A stretch of DNA of 64,000 nucleotides, taken from the NCBI GenBank assembly GCA_009103225.1, contig RHPI01003491.1:1-64000 (forward strand). Reading direction: 5' to 3'. Positions within the stretch are counted from its first letter, which is position 1. Every line of letters begins with the position of its first letter. A program made the translations under genes and the position numbers. This DNA comes from Chlorokybus atmophyticus (lineage: Eukaryota > Plantae > Mesostigma and Chlorokybus algae). The notes under the pieces were generated by a model, which saw nothing but the letters and a program-made list of their open reading frames with translations, ran no database searches and was not told the origin of the DNA. Shown piece after piece: positions 23,323-35,669 of the stretch.

Positions 23323-23745
23323 TGTTGAGAGTCATTCCTACATACGATCAGCATCGACCCTCCACACAGGAGTAGAAGGTCGTAAGGATGAGCACTAGGT
23401 CCGGACTTAGCAAGATGGCGTCGTCGGACCAGACTCCGGACTCTAGACTGGAGCCTTACTAACTGCTTTGTATCTCCGCGTATACTTACTCATATTAGGC
23501 GTGTAAGAGCTTGTTGGAAAGCTCTGGTTGTAAGAAAGACAACACAGCTTAGAGCGCGTCAAAAGGCTGAATAGCTTACGCAGTGCTTGCAAATGTAGAC
23601 GTGTGTGTAACTGGCTGGTATAAGAACCAGCGGACAACTTGTAATAGATGAACGTGATGTGACTTGTGTATGCTCTGGTGGCGGTAGCTCTGTCTCTGTG
23701 TGTCTATGCTTGCCTCAACTACATGTGCATGCCAGTCCTTCAACA
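23323..23745 (+). repeat. Copia 3' LTR (423 bp)
   Basis: Direct repeat of 18827-19251, followed by the TSD. Confidence 0.95.
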
Positions 23746-24990
23746 ACCAAGGCACGAGCATAAAAGACAGCGACTTACCTCATTGGCCCGTGGGCTGCAT
23801 GGAGCAGGGGAAGCCATGGGGGCTGACAAGGTGGTATTGGGTGCACTCTCCACGCCACCCTCGATCGCATACTCGTCACGGAGCTTGTGAGCCATGGGCA
23901 CATCGTGCGCCACTGCCGCAATGGACATGTCGGGATTCAACAGGCCAACATGCATGTTAAACTGATGCCGCATTGCCGCCGCGCCCATCAGCAAGTGGGA
24001 TTGAAGGACCAGTTGATGGGATTGAATCCAGGCTTGCATAGGAGCTCCAACAGGACCTAATGCACTGTGGTGCTGTCAACCAATCACATGTGGGTTAGCT
24101 GCATGCTTGCGACACTGCAATTGCAATAGTCAACTGCGTCACACCGTCATCAGTTGGTTGCTTCGAACAGTCACCTGCGGCATTGCTGGTTGATGCACGA
24201 ATGATTGCATGGACTGCGTCATCTGTGGTTAATTCACTATTGGTTGAATGCCAGACGAATGGCCACGCGCTCCTGTGCTCAAACCCAGCCTACTTCGTTC
24301 GGCACGCGCGCGCGACTTCGCACGCTCACGCACATCCTAGCATGCAAAGGTAGGCATGCATTGGAGGTGCATGCAGTCAACATGCACAGCGAGATTGGCA
24401 ACAACATACCGCCGCCCAGCTCTGTCTATCGGCTCTGGCTTTCGCAATGTCGGCTTGACTGTAGGGTGGGTATGGGTGAATAGTGGAGGCCTGCAGCCAC
24501 GCTACATATATCACATGGACTGCGCTAAAAAACAAATTGCTCTTGCAAGGAAATGCATGTGACTGTTGAGCGTACCTCTGCATTCCTTTATGCTTGTTCC
24601 CACAGCCGCAATTGGTCCCGCATGGTTCTGACAAGGGGCTCCAAGAACTGCAGCTCTTGATCCACTCCTTGTTGCAGAGAGCGAGCCACCAAGCAGCTCT
24701 CTGTGTGAAGATGGTCTTTGATGGCTTGCCTGCTGGTTTGTCCAATGTTGGTGATGCATGTTAGACAGCCCCATTGCTGACGCCTGCCATGATCCATGAC
24801 GTGGCGACCGGTAGTAGCTGGCTTCGCTGCTTGAACTCTTACGACCACAACTTCTCGCAAGATGTGCCACGCCGCCGCCGCCGCCGCCGCCGCCTCCTCC
24901 GACTCCTGGTCCTCCGCCTCGTAGTCGAATCCAGGCCCATCAAGCCTGACATTCGACCCGTCATCGACCTGGTGCCCCTGCGTGCTATCA
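23746..24990 (-). pseudogene. Probable 5' exons of the OTU-like gene (acidic/poly-Ala stretch and a zinc-finger-like CLTC...HLHTESC)
   Basis: Same strand as, and contiguous with, the OTU segment across the copia insertion. Exon structure not resolved. Confidence 0.3.
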
Positions 24991-25396
24991 TCCGGCCATC
25001 AATGAAGCGTGTTTGGGTGAGTGCATGCTAACTCCCATTTGGGCTGATCGAGCAATGCCTCTGTCGTGCCATGGATGGTACGACAGAGCCATTGTACGGC
25101 AATGGCTGGGGTTGGACGAGAGATGCCTCTGTCGTACCATAAATGTTACGACACAACCATTGGTAACAATGGTTGTACGAAGCATGCATGGCACGAATGC
25201 ATAAGTCGTACCATCAACCATAGGAGCAAGGACGCACTACAAGTGCGACTCTAGTGCGGGACTCTAGATGTTCAAAACTGCCTCATTTTCGTTTTCGCGC
25301 CTCGTATATTCGGGCGGGCCAACCGGCGGCGGCAGCGTTAGAGGCGGCAGCGCCACTATCAGCTAAACAGGCGGCACCCGACTATCAGTTGGAGAG

Positions 25397-27216
25397 ATGC
25401 CTCGTGGTCCATCCGTAAGTGCACCTCGTCGTGGAGGTCGGCGCCAGTTGTCCACATTGCCCCGAGTGTTCAATCAGGCAACCGTCGCCAACCAATCGCA
25501 GCAAGACCCCGCGCTAACGCCCAGCACATCACAACAACTCCACCTGACACCGCAGTCGCAAGGGCAAGCTAGACTGCATGCGTTCTTAATGCGCTGTGCA
25601 CGTTGCTTCTTGCTCAATATCTAACTTGGATGCTTGCTTCTTTCATGACTAGCACAGTGACTCACTGCATGCGTTCTGGATACACTGTGCACGTTGTTCT
25701 TCTTTTGCAATTGTGAGGGTTGCATCTTTCATGGCTGGCAGCATGACTCATGTGGTTGTGCTTGCAGAGGGTCGATCGGAACCCCCAACCCAAACGCATT
25801 TGGCCGTGACGTGGCAACCTCGGCCGTCAGCAACCCTTCCCCAAGCAAGTGGAATATTGGCAACGAGGTAAGCACTGTGTGACACTGTGACACTGTGTGT
25901 ATGTGTGTAATGGATTGTTCTTCTGTGGACAGCATTTGCGAGATGCCGTCGTTAAAATCATAAACGGCCACTGGGTAGAGAGCCACGTTTATCCCAAGGA
26001 GGACACTATTCGTAACGTCATGTGTCAGGTGCTGTGAATGCTTCATGACCGCACTGCACCGTGACACTGACCAACCTGCCCGTGACAGGTAGTTGGCTTC
26101 GACCGTGACAACGAGGCCGATGCGGCCAAGTTCTATGAGGTGTACTGGACTCCCAAGGAGTGCCCCTTCCACTGGAGTGTCGCCTTGAAGAAAGCTACGC
26201 AGGTCCGGTCTGAGAACGTCACCAAGATCAAGCATGTCCTTGAGAAGGAGTACAAGTGGACACTGTTTAACAGCAACAAGCGCAAGTGAGTTGGGTCCCT
26301 CACCACCATGTCTGGTATGCAACACTGCCTTCTTACTCAGCCAAAAACACGTATTCATCTCGCTCATTGTAACCGATTTAATCAGGCACATCGACGCCCT
26401 AATGGACCCCGAGACCCAAAAAGCCCAGATGCGCAACGCGCTCCAACGTAAGTCACATGCACTATTTTAGCCTGGTGCAGGCTCAACTTGAACAACCTAT
26501 TTTGTGACTAATGCCTTGTCGGTATGACTGTCGCAGATAAGTCATGGCGGAGATTTGAGGTGACCGACAGTGCAGACCATGAGCGGAGGAGATACATCCA
26601 TGAATGGGGCAATCCCATAATCTGGCAAATGATCGTGCAATGCTGGTCTTACGCCGTTACTACACCTGGTCGCCGGCAGCTGACAGTCAACCACCTCGCA
26701 TACCTGTTGCTTACGGTGAGCACTCTGAACTCCATCATTAGCAATTCAGGAATGCTGTAGCCCCAAACTACAGGCTTGCAGACGCGTTGCAGTGAATAGT
26801 GGCTTTCGATGCCACTAAGACATGCCTGTAAACTACGCAGGTGGAGCGCATCTCAAAGGGCAAGGATGGAGACCCTCTCCTAGCTGCCAGCATAGACACA
26901 CATGAAGAGTACCTCAGCGAAATCAACACCATGATCAATGAAGCGGGAGATGAGGCAACGGTACGCAGCCCTCCAGCCATTCACCCTTGTGAAATGCCGC
27001 ACTGCATCTTGTGTTGAAAATCTGAAAGATCCCAATCAACACCGGCCGCAAGAGACAGCAGCTCGTGACCCGCTCGCTGAGGCAGAAGCGGCATTGGATT
27101 GGCTGGCACAACCGTTTGAGGAGGAAGAGCAAGCTCCGGCGTCTCCTCCACAGGCCCCAGCGCGTGGTGCTTTGTTCCATAATGACGAGACCAGCGATGA
27201 TGGAGAGGAGCTGTAG
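25397..27216 (+). pseudogene. Probable intron-containing MULE (Mutator-like) transposase remnant
   Basis: Exon ~26090-26284 reads VVGFDRDNEADAAKFYEVYWTPKECPFHWSVALKK, resembling the MULE second-Asp...CxxH signature. Flanked by GT-AG introns; stops in other exons. First Asp and catalytic Glu not identified. Confidence 0.42.
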
Positions 27217-27616
27217 CGCAGTTGGTAGTCCGTTTAGCTGGTAGTGTACATAGCTACAAGGCTCTTGTGACTGAGTGTTGTGGATCTTAAACCAGCTCAG
27301 TCAATCGTCATTATGCTCATGCATGTCAATACTTGCATCCCTATGATATACAACAGAACTGCAGTCGAGTCACATAATCGAACTACAAGCCTTGGCAAGT
27401 GACTGAGAGACATTGCACACATTTCATGTACCTGTACACAGCACATGCACATAACAATGTTGGCAGTCAGTGACAGTCGCGTGTAGTCAAGCTATGCAAA
27501 TACTTATGACGACAGTTAGGCATTGGTCACCTTCAGTTGTTTTCAAGAATGCCTCAACTTGTCGATAATTACCTAATTGGTGCTTGTGAATTAGGCTTAG
27601 TCGCCTGCGCTGGACT

Positions 27617-27881
27617 GGTGTGTAACCTGCAGGTGCCTGTCACATAAGCTGAGTCACCTAAATAAGACTGATGTGTAATTTGCAAGTGCCTGCTAATTAG
27701 GTGTAGTCACCTGTTAAGGTCTGATGTGAAACTTACAGGTGCCTGTAAAATATATAAAGTCACATGTTAAGGCCTGATGTGTAACTAACATGTGCCTGTA
27801 AACTATATAAAGTCATCTGTTAGGGCCTGATAGGTAACTAACAGGCGCATGTTAATTAGGCATAGTCAACTGTTAAAGATT
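27617..27881. repeat. Tandem array of five degenerate 53-bp units
   Basis: Units start at 27617, 27670, 27723, 27776 and 27829; consensus about GATGTGTAACTTACAGGTGCCTGTAAANTATATAAAGTCACCTGTTAAGGCCT; a weaker sixth unit may lie upstream. Confidence 0.85.
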
Positions 27882-27896
27882 AAATTGTAACAAAAA

Positions 27897-27930
27897 GGGC
27901 CTAATAGTAACGAAAGTTACTATTAGGTCC
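27897..27930. other. Hairpin CCTAATAGTAAC-GAAA-GTTACTATTAGG
   Basis: 12-bp perfect stem (27900-27911/27916-27927) with a GAAA loop, extendable by 3 bp with one G-T. Confidence 0.8.
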
Positions 27931-30835
27931 CTGTATCAAGATTACAGGTGGACTCAGCCACAACAGTCTAGATTAGTGTCCTCGGGTGCACGGCCGTTGC
28001 CAATATTTAGTCGGCCGGCAGGGAAGACATATTTCGACGTAAACTGCTGCGTCGCCATGTGTGTGGACCGTGGACAAGTTGCTTCATATGCACGAGCCTA
28101 AGGGCGCACAGCCTAAGGCATGAGGAAATGTGTTTATCCTCACGCCCGAGAAGCAGGGCTCAACATTCACATATTCAAGGAAATATCCACAGCTATCCGC
28201 ACGACTCTCGTGACTACAGCAGCATGCAGACCATCGCTGCACTGCTTCCTCACCCCCAGCATAGTTCCTCTAATGCTCTTTAACATAGTTCAGCGCTTGA
28301 CTCCGCGCAACACAACAGCTGTCATGCTAACCGGCCAGAAGAGTTCAAGCTCTTCGTGTATGCCTACATCCGGCTTGCCTCTCGAGCTATTAGCATCACA
28401 ATTCCCTTCAACAAGTTCAACTCTCCCACGCTACTGGCGTCAGTTTTTTACCAGTTTAATGACAGTCCTCGTAGGCACCCCATGTAGCTGATACGTTGAA
28501 GTTTCAACCCTACACCCTCGACTTCCTAGCAATTCATTGGAAACGTCACGACCACCCAGCCTCGCAATCCAATCACGACCTTAAAACTTCCGAACATGAG
28601 GTCTTTCGATCCTAGCTGACCCATCGCGAGTCCACCACGCTGCCCGTAGACGGACTCGCCTCTGCCTGTGTACACCAGTTAGTGCAGTAGTGAACAAACA
28701 ACGAATTACTGTGACTAGACCGGTTAAGGTTGCTGAACTAATGGCTCAGATGAGTTCATATGAGTATAAGTAGACAGACCGTTTACTTGTATAGTTGGTG
28801 AAACTATGAGTGCATATGAATATGAGCGCATATAAACTTGAGAAAGTGTGATAGCAACTTATGTTTTGAAGCCTGGAATTTGCTATTGCATGCTGTGATT
28901 GTTATGCTGAACGAGACTCAAAGACAACACGTTGTGAAGGGGTGCGACTACACACAGCAAGCCGTCCCAGTTGCCAAGAAGCCTTCATACCCATGAGAGA
29001 GTGCAGCGTCTGCAGCGCGTGCACTGTTTCTCAATGCTTGTGAGCTTGATTGCATTGTGGGCACGGTGTGAACACTTACCATCCGGGTGTGGCATCACTT
29101 TGTTGCTACATTCATTAACCTCACTTATTAGTTTATATACCCAGTTTCACTCACGCAAGGTTTCGTAGTGACAGCACTAAATCTAGTAGCGGTTTATTGA
29201 CTTGCAGTTAATCAGTAGCTAAGTATCATGACTCCTCGTTCTACCTCATCCTTGGCATCATAGTCACCTTTCCACACTTCCAGCAGGGGGGGTACTCTTT
29301 TGCCTTTACCCATGACTACAGCAGCACGCAGACCATCTCGCTGCACTGCTTCCACCCACAGCACAGTTCCTCCAATATTGTTTGAGCCAGTTAAACGCTC
29401 GACCCTGCACAACCCGACAAAGGTCATGGCCGTTACATTGTGTGTGCGTGTGCGTGTATGTCTTTTGTATTAGATGACATATTAATCGTAGAGCAGATAG
29501 ATGGCAGCCTGCTTGGAGGGACGGCAGTCGCCAAGCTGAAGAAGCACTTCGTTGTTGCGCTGGATCCTAGATTGCAGCGGATGTGTCAATCCCGCGCTCG
29601 CGTCCGTTAAGAGGTGGGTTCGGCAGTCCAGCAGTGGCCGCATCCACGACTTCGCTCGCTGCTTTGTCGTGCAATTGCTGGACGCCGTGGCTTCGCCGGG
29701 CGTCTAGCAGTTGCAAAGGCGCGAGAGTAGGGCCTTCTCTTGCGCCTTTGCTGGACATGTCCTCGATCTCGTCGCTGCCATCCGGAGTGATGCCTTCGCA
29801 ACAGCCCGGCGTGAAGGACTTTGCAATGTTTTTAAGAGATGCAAGATTTGGCCCGCCTTTTGGTGATGACATGCCAGCTGTAATAACACAATTGCTTAAG
29901 GGTGTGAACTAGTCGATGCATTCTGATTGATCTTTCCACTCTTCACTCACCAACAAGTGCGGCAACATTCTCTTATATTGAGCTATCAGCTTTGTCAAGC
30001 AACGTCGAAGGGAGAGAAGAGAACGCGTGTTGTGGCAGTCAACATCGCTGCTTGTGGGGCGCAGCTACATGTTCAACCTTACGTGCACGTACTGGGATAG
30101 CAGGTGATGGAGGAGGAGAAGGAGCGGCCCCCGGGCCAAGCGCTAGAGTTGGTAGAGGCAAACGGGGCGGGCAATGCGGTGCAGTGCAGGGGGAGGGCTG
30201 GCGAAGGAGGGGGGGAGGGGACGGACGCGGATAAGGGATGGGAATGGGGTGGAGAAAGGGGAAGGGGAGGGGGGGGGGGCTAAACTATATCCATAGTATC
30301 CGTGTGAATGCTGAAGTGGCGCTTGAGATTGGCCAGCGCTGTTTGGAATGATTCACGCCACGCACCAAGCAGTGTACGCCATTGCCATTACCTTTCATTC
30401 ATTCAGAATCGCCTGACACAATCTACTGATGCCTTGGCCGCACATGCGTCATCTTTTCCGCACGCGTCCTGCTGGCTTGCTTGCTTGGTAACCCAATCCA
30501 ACTCGTATCAGGCCGGAACGACGCGTTGGTCGTAGCCGCGGCGCCCTCCTTACGAAGCAAACCGCCGAGTGCTTGCTAAGCAGACCGCCGCCAACATCCA
30601 TTGCAAAAATTGCGAAGTCGCCAGGCCGCGGCCTTCTTGCCGACAAGCTGTTTGATAGCTAATAGCAAGGCCGGACTGGAGCTGGGTAAGCTCTTACTGC
30701 AAAGAGTATGCGCTGCTGTACCCAGCTTGCGGGCGTTGCAAGCAGAATGCTTGGCGGGCTGCCAGGCGCAGTCAACCTAGGCTGGCTCAGCAGGCCTGCT
30801 GAGGCATTGCGGGCAGCGCCCATGCTGCTGCAGCG

Positions 30836-30842
30836 TATAAAT
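30836..30842 (+). promoter_or_regulatory. Candidate TATA box (TATAAAT) of LRR gene copy 1
   Basis: About 90 bp upstream of the ATG; conserved as TATAAAA at 56590-56596 in copy 2. Confidence 0.5.
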
Positions 30843-30928
30843 GTCTAGCTCGCTCGCTCCTTCTTTGTATGTGTGGGTGGGTAGGTGCGCGGTTCTGGCT
30901 GCCTGTTGGCCGTCATTCCCAAAGCACG

Positions 30929-33483
30929 ATGATGGCGCCGGCTTGGCGTCTGCCTCTGCTGCTGCCGTTACTGTTGCTGCTGCTCGGCTCAGGTAAGAGC
31001 TGCCTGTTTAGCTGAGTGCTTGCAGCTGGCTGTCGACAAGAAACTGCATAACTCCGGCTGCCTTCGCCGCAAAGCTTTTGCATGGTTGCTTACGCTCATG
31101 TTTGCTTGAATGCAGCCCGCAAGGCGTCTGCTGTATCCGACCAGGAAGGTGAGTGTGATTGCAAGTCTGCCACATGCACACGCATGCCGCTCGCGTGCAA
31201 TGTCCTCAGGTTTTGCATGGACTGTGATACACGGGGATGTGCAGTCACACTCCTATGCTCACGCTCTGTTGCACCATTGGCAGTTGCGGCTATTCAGTCG
31301 CTGCAGGCGGCCGTCTACTATGTGGATGGCGCCGGCAAGCAGGTGCAGGGGCCTCCCCTCTGGCCTTCCACCCTGACCGGCTACAACGTCTGCAACCTTT
31401 CTGGGATCTCTTGCACCAACGGAGCCATTACGACCTTGTGAGTGACAACTGCGTGCTCTTGTTGGAACTAACTTGCTGTTGTCACTGAGTCACTCAGTTC
31501 TGATACATTGCATATCTGTCAGGGACTTGTCCTATAAGACAAGCAAGTACCAAAAGCTCCAGAATAACCAGCCCTTGACCGCGCTCAACAAACTCACTAA
31601 CCTGCAAAAACTGTAAGTTTGCTGCACAACGGCATTGATTGTTCTTACAGGTTGTTCGGCAACATGTTCATAGGCTGCTGGCTTCGTGGGCCGACCCTCA
31701 TGCAGACATCTCTCAATCACCATTACATGCTCTTTGCTACGCAGATACCTCCAAGGCAACGCTTTTACTGGTCCGCTACCCAATCTAAGCGGTCTCACCG
31801 GCTTGGTCGAATTGTAAGTTGCTACTGAGGTTTAACTATGAGATCCGTGCCATGGGCTACTATTTACTGCAGCTGCCTCTGAGATTGCGCATTGCCAGAC
31901 ACTCTTCTTATTGACCTTATTATGTTGACATGTCATTGATGCACTGCGGGCATACTTTAAGAAATTGTATATGTGGGTGCAGGTTGCTGGGTTACAACGC
32001 ATTTTCTGGAACATTGCCGCCCGAGTGGAGTAACCTCAACAACTTGAAGTTCTTGTAAGTGCATGACAGGGTTCTACTGGTAGCACTCATGCTTCTCTTG
32101 TTTGCGATGACCGATGTTGTTGAGGCTGACATGCATACATCATGATGCAGATCCCTTAGTGACAACCCGCTCTCGGGGCCGTTGCCGCCAACATGGGGCA
32201 GTTTGATCAACCTACAGCGGCTGTAAGTAACATACCGTGCATGTTCAACGGGTTGTCATACCCATGACACATTGTTCCACTCGATCTCTTATATGTGTTT
32301 GTAGCATGTATTACTATGTGTGACATATGGTGCATACTTGTGGTTGTGCAGCGAAATGTCGACGAACAGATTAGTTGGCGAGTTACCGTACGAGTGGGGT
32401 AGCTTGACAAACCTCAACTACATGTAAGTGCTAATCAAGAGTAAGCATTTTTGTTCATGATTGGCCTGGTGATCACCAGGCAAACTCGCTTGTTTTGCAT
32501 ACCAGTGAAAGGACTTCTCTCATGGTAACACTTACATACATGAGCAGGTATCTGAGCAAGAACCAGCTTGCAGGACCTTTGCCAAGCGCACTGAGCAATC
32601 TGGTCAACCTAAGCTATTTGTGAGTCATAAGATGTTTCAGCTAACGAGCTGTTGTAGCTATCAGCGTGATGCATGTGTTGATCTATATGATTGATGCACG
32701 ACAGTTTCATGATGTGTACACAAGCACATGTGCTTCATGCAACTTACGATGCAGAATGGTGGTTTTGCAGAGATCTGACAGGCAACAAGTTTTTTTGGGT
32801 GATACCGTCCGAGTGGGGCAGATTGACCAATCTGCGCACCATGTAAGTAATGGCGGTCATGAATGCGGACGTGTTTTCTTTGCAAGAGTGACTCAATTGT
32901 CTATGGACTGTTCACTAGCAAGGCAAGAGTCCTGCATGCTAACATTTGGCTGCATGGTTAGATATCTTGGTAACAACCAACTTTCTGGACCATTGCCGAG
33001 CACATTGAGCAAACTGGTCAGCCTACAAACTTTGTAAGTTGCAACTCTTGCTCATCAACCCTTGCTATGTACCAGTCGCTGTAATGCACGTATGACTCTG
33101 ACTCTCATATGCACAATGACATGCTTCACTGTGCGCAGTGATGTACACGGCAACGCTGAACTTTGCGGAAATTCTCCCGCCCTCAGTCCAAGCGTGCGTT
33201 ACACCGATTACAGTGGCACTAGCATTGGCAGCAACTGCCCATCGTCCCGGTGGGTGTGCAGCTGGCAGCCATGATGGAAGTGTGGGTGCAGTAAGACCCG
33301 CTCTCTCAGTCTTTCACCAATCGACTAGAGCCTCTTCGAGTGTATTGCCAGCAGAAGGCCTGCTGCTTCAAGTGCCAGTGCACACCCCATCATCTGTTCT
33401 TTTCCTTCAACCGGAGCAACCGCGTCTGCAATCTGTATGCCTTGGCTGCGCGGACCCCTACCTGCCTCCCTTGCAGTACATAG
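30929..33483 (+). CDS. Secreted plant-type leucine-rich-repeat protein (signal peptide, LRRNT, ~8 LRR exons, NxxLCG cap, possible PAN-like exon), copy 1
   Basis: GT-AG exons 30929-30992, 31116-31148, 31284-31437, 31523-31612, 31745-31813, 31983-32054, 32151-32222, 32352-32423, 32548-32619, 32771-32842, 32962-33033 and 33139-~33249 splice in frame: MMAPAWRLPLLLPLLLLLLGS..., CNLSGISCTNGAITTL, LxLxxNxLxGxLPxxWxxLxxL repeats. 3' end uncertain. Confidence 0.88.
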
Positions 33484-33683
33484 TTGCCACCTGGGGTGGT
33501 GATAGAGCTTGTGGTAGTTACTCAACCCGTGCATTGCATCTCCCTCCCAAACCTGCTTCCTTGGCGGTGTTGTTGTAGTCATAAACGTGGTGTCGCACAT
33601 GCCCAGTAGTCAAGCTTACTTAGATTTCAAGAGACATCCCACCATAGTTTGCATACCCAAACCCAACTCTCTCTCTCAAACCC

Positions 33684-33685
<2 letters not shown>

Positions 33686-33750
<65 letters not shown>
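33686..33750. repeat. (CT)n-(TG)n microsatellite
   Basis: Seen directly; the orthologous tract in copy 2 is about twice as long. Confidence 0.95.
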
Positions 33751-35063
33751 GTGCCAACATTAGAGTACGAACTCTTCAAACAATGTCACGTACATGTGCA
33801 ATCTGCAGTACTGCGCTACAGCTTTCAGTCTGCCAGTGGCCTTCTGGTCAGATAGTTGGATGCCTCATCATGGTTGTGGGTGAGCGCTGATGTATACATG
33901 TGAATCCATGCACATCTCGCTGCAATACTAAGCAGCCTGCGGTCCCAAGGACCATGCCAGCAGCTTCTCCTCCTCTTCCTTCTCCTCCTCAAATGTCTCC
34001 TCCTTCGCACGCACCTCCACGCGCATGTTCATGCAACCTCGCTGTTGTGCAACAGTGCAAAATCAGCACTACCTGCTTGCTTCGTGTTGTAATTCTGTGT
34101 CTGTGTTACACAAACGAGCAACATGCACGCAATCATGCACCTTCCGGTGCAGCGCAGCGCAACCAGCAGCATCTGGCTCCAAGGTCTCTCCCCTGCGCAA
34201 GGAGTTTGCCGCCACCTCCTTGTGGGGAGAGTCTCTGCGCTGTGTAGGGTGTGTTTCTATAATTACCTCCAACGGTGAAAGCAGTTGCAAGCACGTACTT
34301 GCAACTCAGTATTGAGGAAGGTAGTTAGCATATTTGAATGCCTACTTTACTTATATGTGACTTGTGGTAGGCATTGATGTGAGTGAGTGCGACACGCTCC
34401 TTGAACATTCCACGGTTTGACGTATTCAACATCCCGTGGTATGCATGCGCAAGCTGTTGTATCACGCACAGCACCAGCTACCAAAACAACCATGCGTTGA
34501 CAAGCTTCAATGTAGGAGGCATCATGATGTCCCTTGGGTTATATTGGATGTTCAACTCTACATATACCGTGTGACATGCTTTCAACAATCCCCCTTAGTA
34601 GACAACGTCCAGTTGTACATACAGAGCGTTAAGTTGCACGTGTTCCAACAGAAAACACCAGCGCCACCAACAACGACCAGACCGCAGACCCAAAGGACTC
34701 CACCCGCTGCATCTAAGTGTGTGCGCTGGTGTGTGTGCACACGGGAGCTTGTGCATAAGTGTTTGCATGTCCGCATGTACGTGCATGCTCTCCCAAGAGA
34801 GTGTGCACACACTTGTATGGCTTGCTGGTGCTTTCTGCACAGGGCCCAACCAAGGCCTGTCCAGAAGGATTTGGGTATATCGCCATGTGGGGCATGCATC
34901 AATGTCCGCACATGGTGCATCAAGCAGTCTGTGTGCAACTCACTAGGCTGCCTCAATGTGTGTGCAGCACCAAGATTTTGTTACTTACGATTCTCCACAC
35001 TTTGTATGTAATGTGGCGACTCTGAGTTGTCTGGCAGTAAGCCTTGTCGGCATTATTTCGGCT

Positions 35064-35605
35064 TCACTGTAGCAGCTGGATGCGAGCGCATTTGCAAAAG
35101 TGCAGGTTGCCTCCTTGCTGAAGCTCACCTACCCTAATCCTGCCTGTTTTCCTCATTGCTTTGACCTCTACAAAGTTCCAGTCCCCTCCAACTACTGCCC
35201 AACCCGCCGGTGGAAGGGATGAGGAAAGCGAAGAGAAAAAAAAAACGGCGCTCCTCCGAAGAGTTTGGTGAGTAGACATAAATCAAAATGAGGATGCCCC
35301 CCTCCCAACAAAAACGTACCCAGCAGCAGCGAGAGGGGACTGCCACCCCCCTCATCAGTCAGCATGTGTTGCCACGAGTGGGGGTAGAGTATTCCAACAC
35401 CTCCACTGTTGCCGTGCGACGCAGCCCATACTGACCGGCCTGCCCAGAAGCGCTTGAGCCAGGAGGCGTGCCTAGAGTTAGTGATCTTAGTTCCCTGAAG
35501 AGAGAGAGCGTGAAAGCGCCCGCACCGCCACTCCTGTAGGCGCGCAAGCAAAGCTAGACGCTTAGAAACGCCAGAGCTGGAACGCACATTGGCAATGCCC
35601 TGCAC
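35064..35605 (-). pseudogene. L1/Tx1-like LINE ORF2 AP-endonuclease fragment (3'-truncated, no RT seen)
   Basis: Across frameshifts: ANVRSS..KR, LSLQ(G)TK, W..FWAGRSVW..GGVGIL, YVYSPNSSEERRFFF, VVGGDWNFV. Confidence 0.8.
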
Positions 35606-35669
35606 ATTTTAGGAAGTAAATGATAGCAAGGTTTATTATGGTATCAGCGGAAGAAAGGAAAGTAAAAAC

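Larger units (their letters stand above)
18827..23745 (+). mobile_element. Complete Ty1/copia LTR retrotransposon, decayed
   Basis: LTRs 18827-19251 and 23323-23745 (TGTTG...CAACA); 5-bp TSD ACCAA at 18822-18826 and 23746-23750; order gag-PR-INT-RT-RH. Confidence 0.97.
29733..34502 (+). repeat. Segmental duplication copy 1 (paralogous to 55467-60432)
   Basis: Continuous co-linear similarity including promoter, exons, introns and the (TC)n tract. Confidence 0.95.

Noticed and set aside
27617-27881. CRISPR-like array
   Set aside because: Units are degenerate tandem repeats without unique spacers, there are no cas genes, and the context is eukaryotic.
28205-29380. ~75-bp similarity between ~28205-28280 and ~29310-29380 as an endonuclease or other gene
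   Set aside because: No convincing motif or continuous frame; probably old repeat debris.
29567-29872. Minus-strand ORF with an LRR_CC-like look (GCCEGITPDG)
   Set aside because: The paralogous segment at ~55470-55600 has stops and frameshifts, and no splice structure could be supported.
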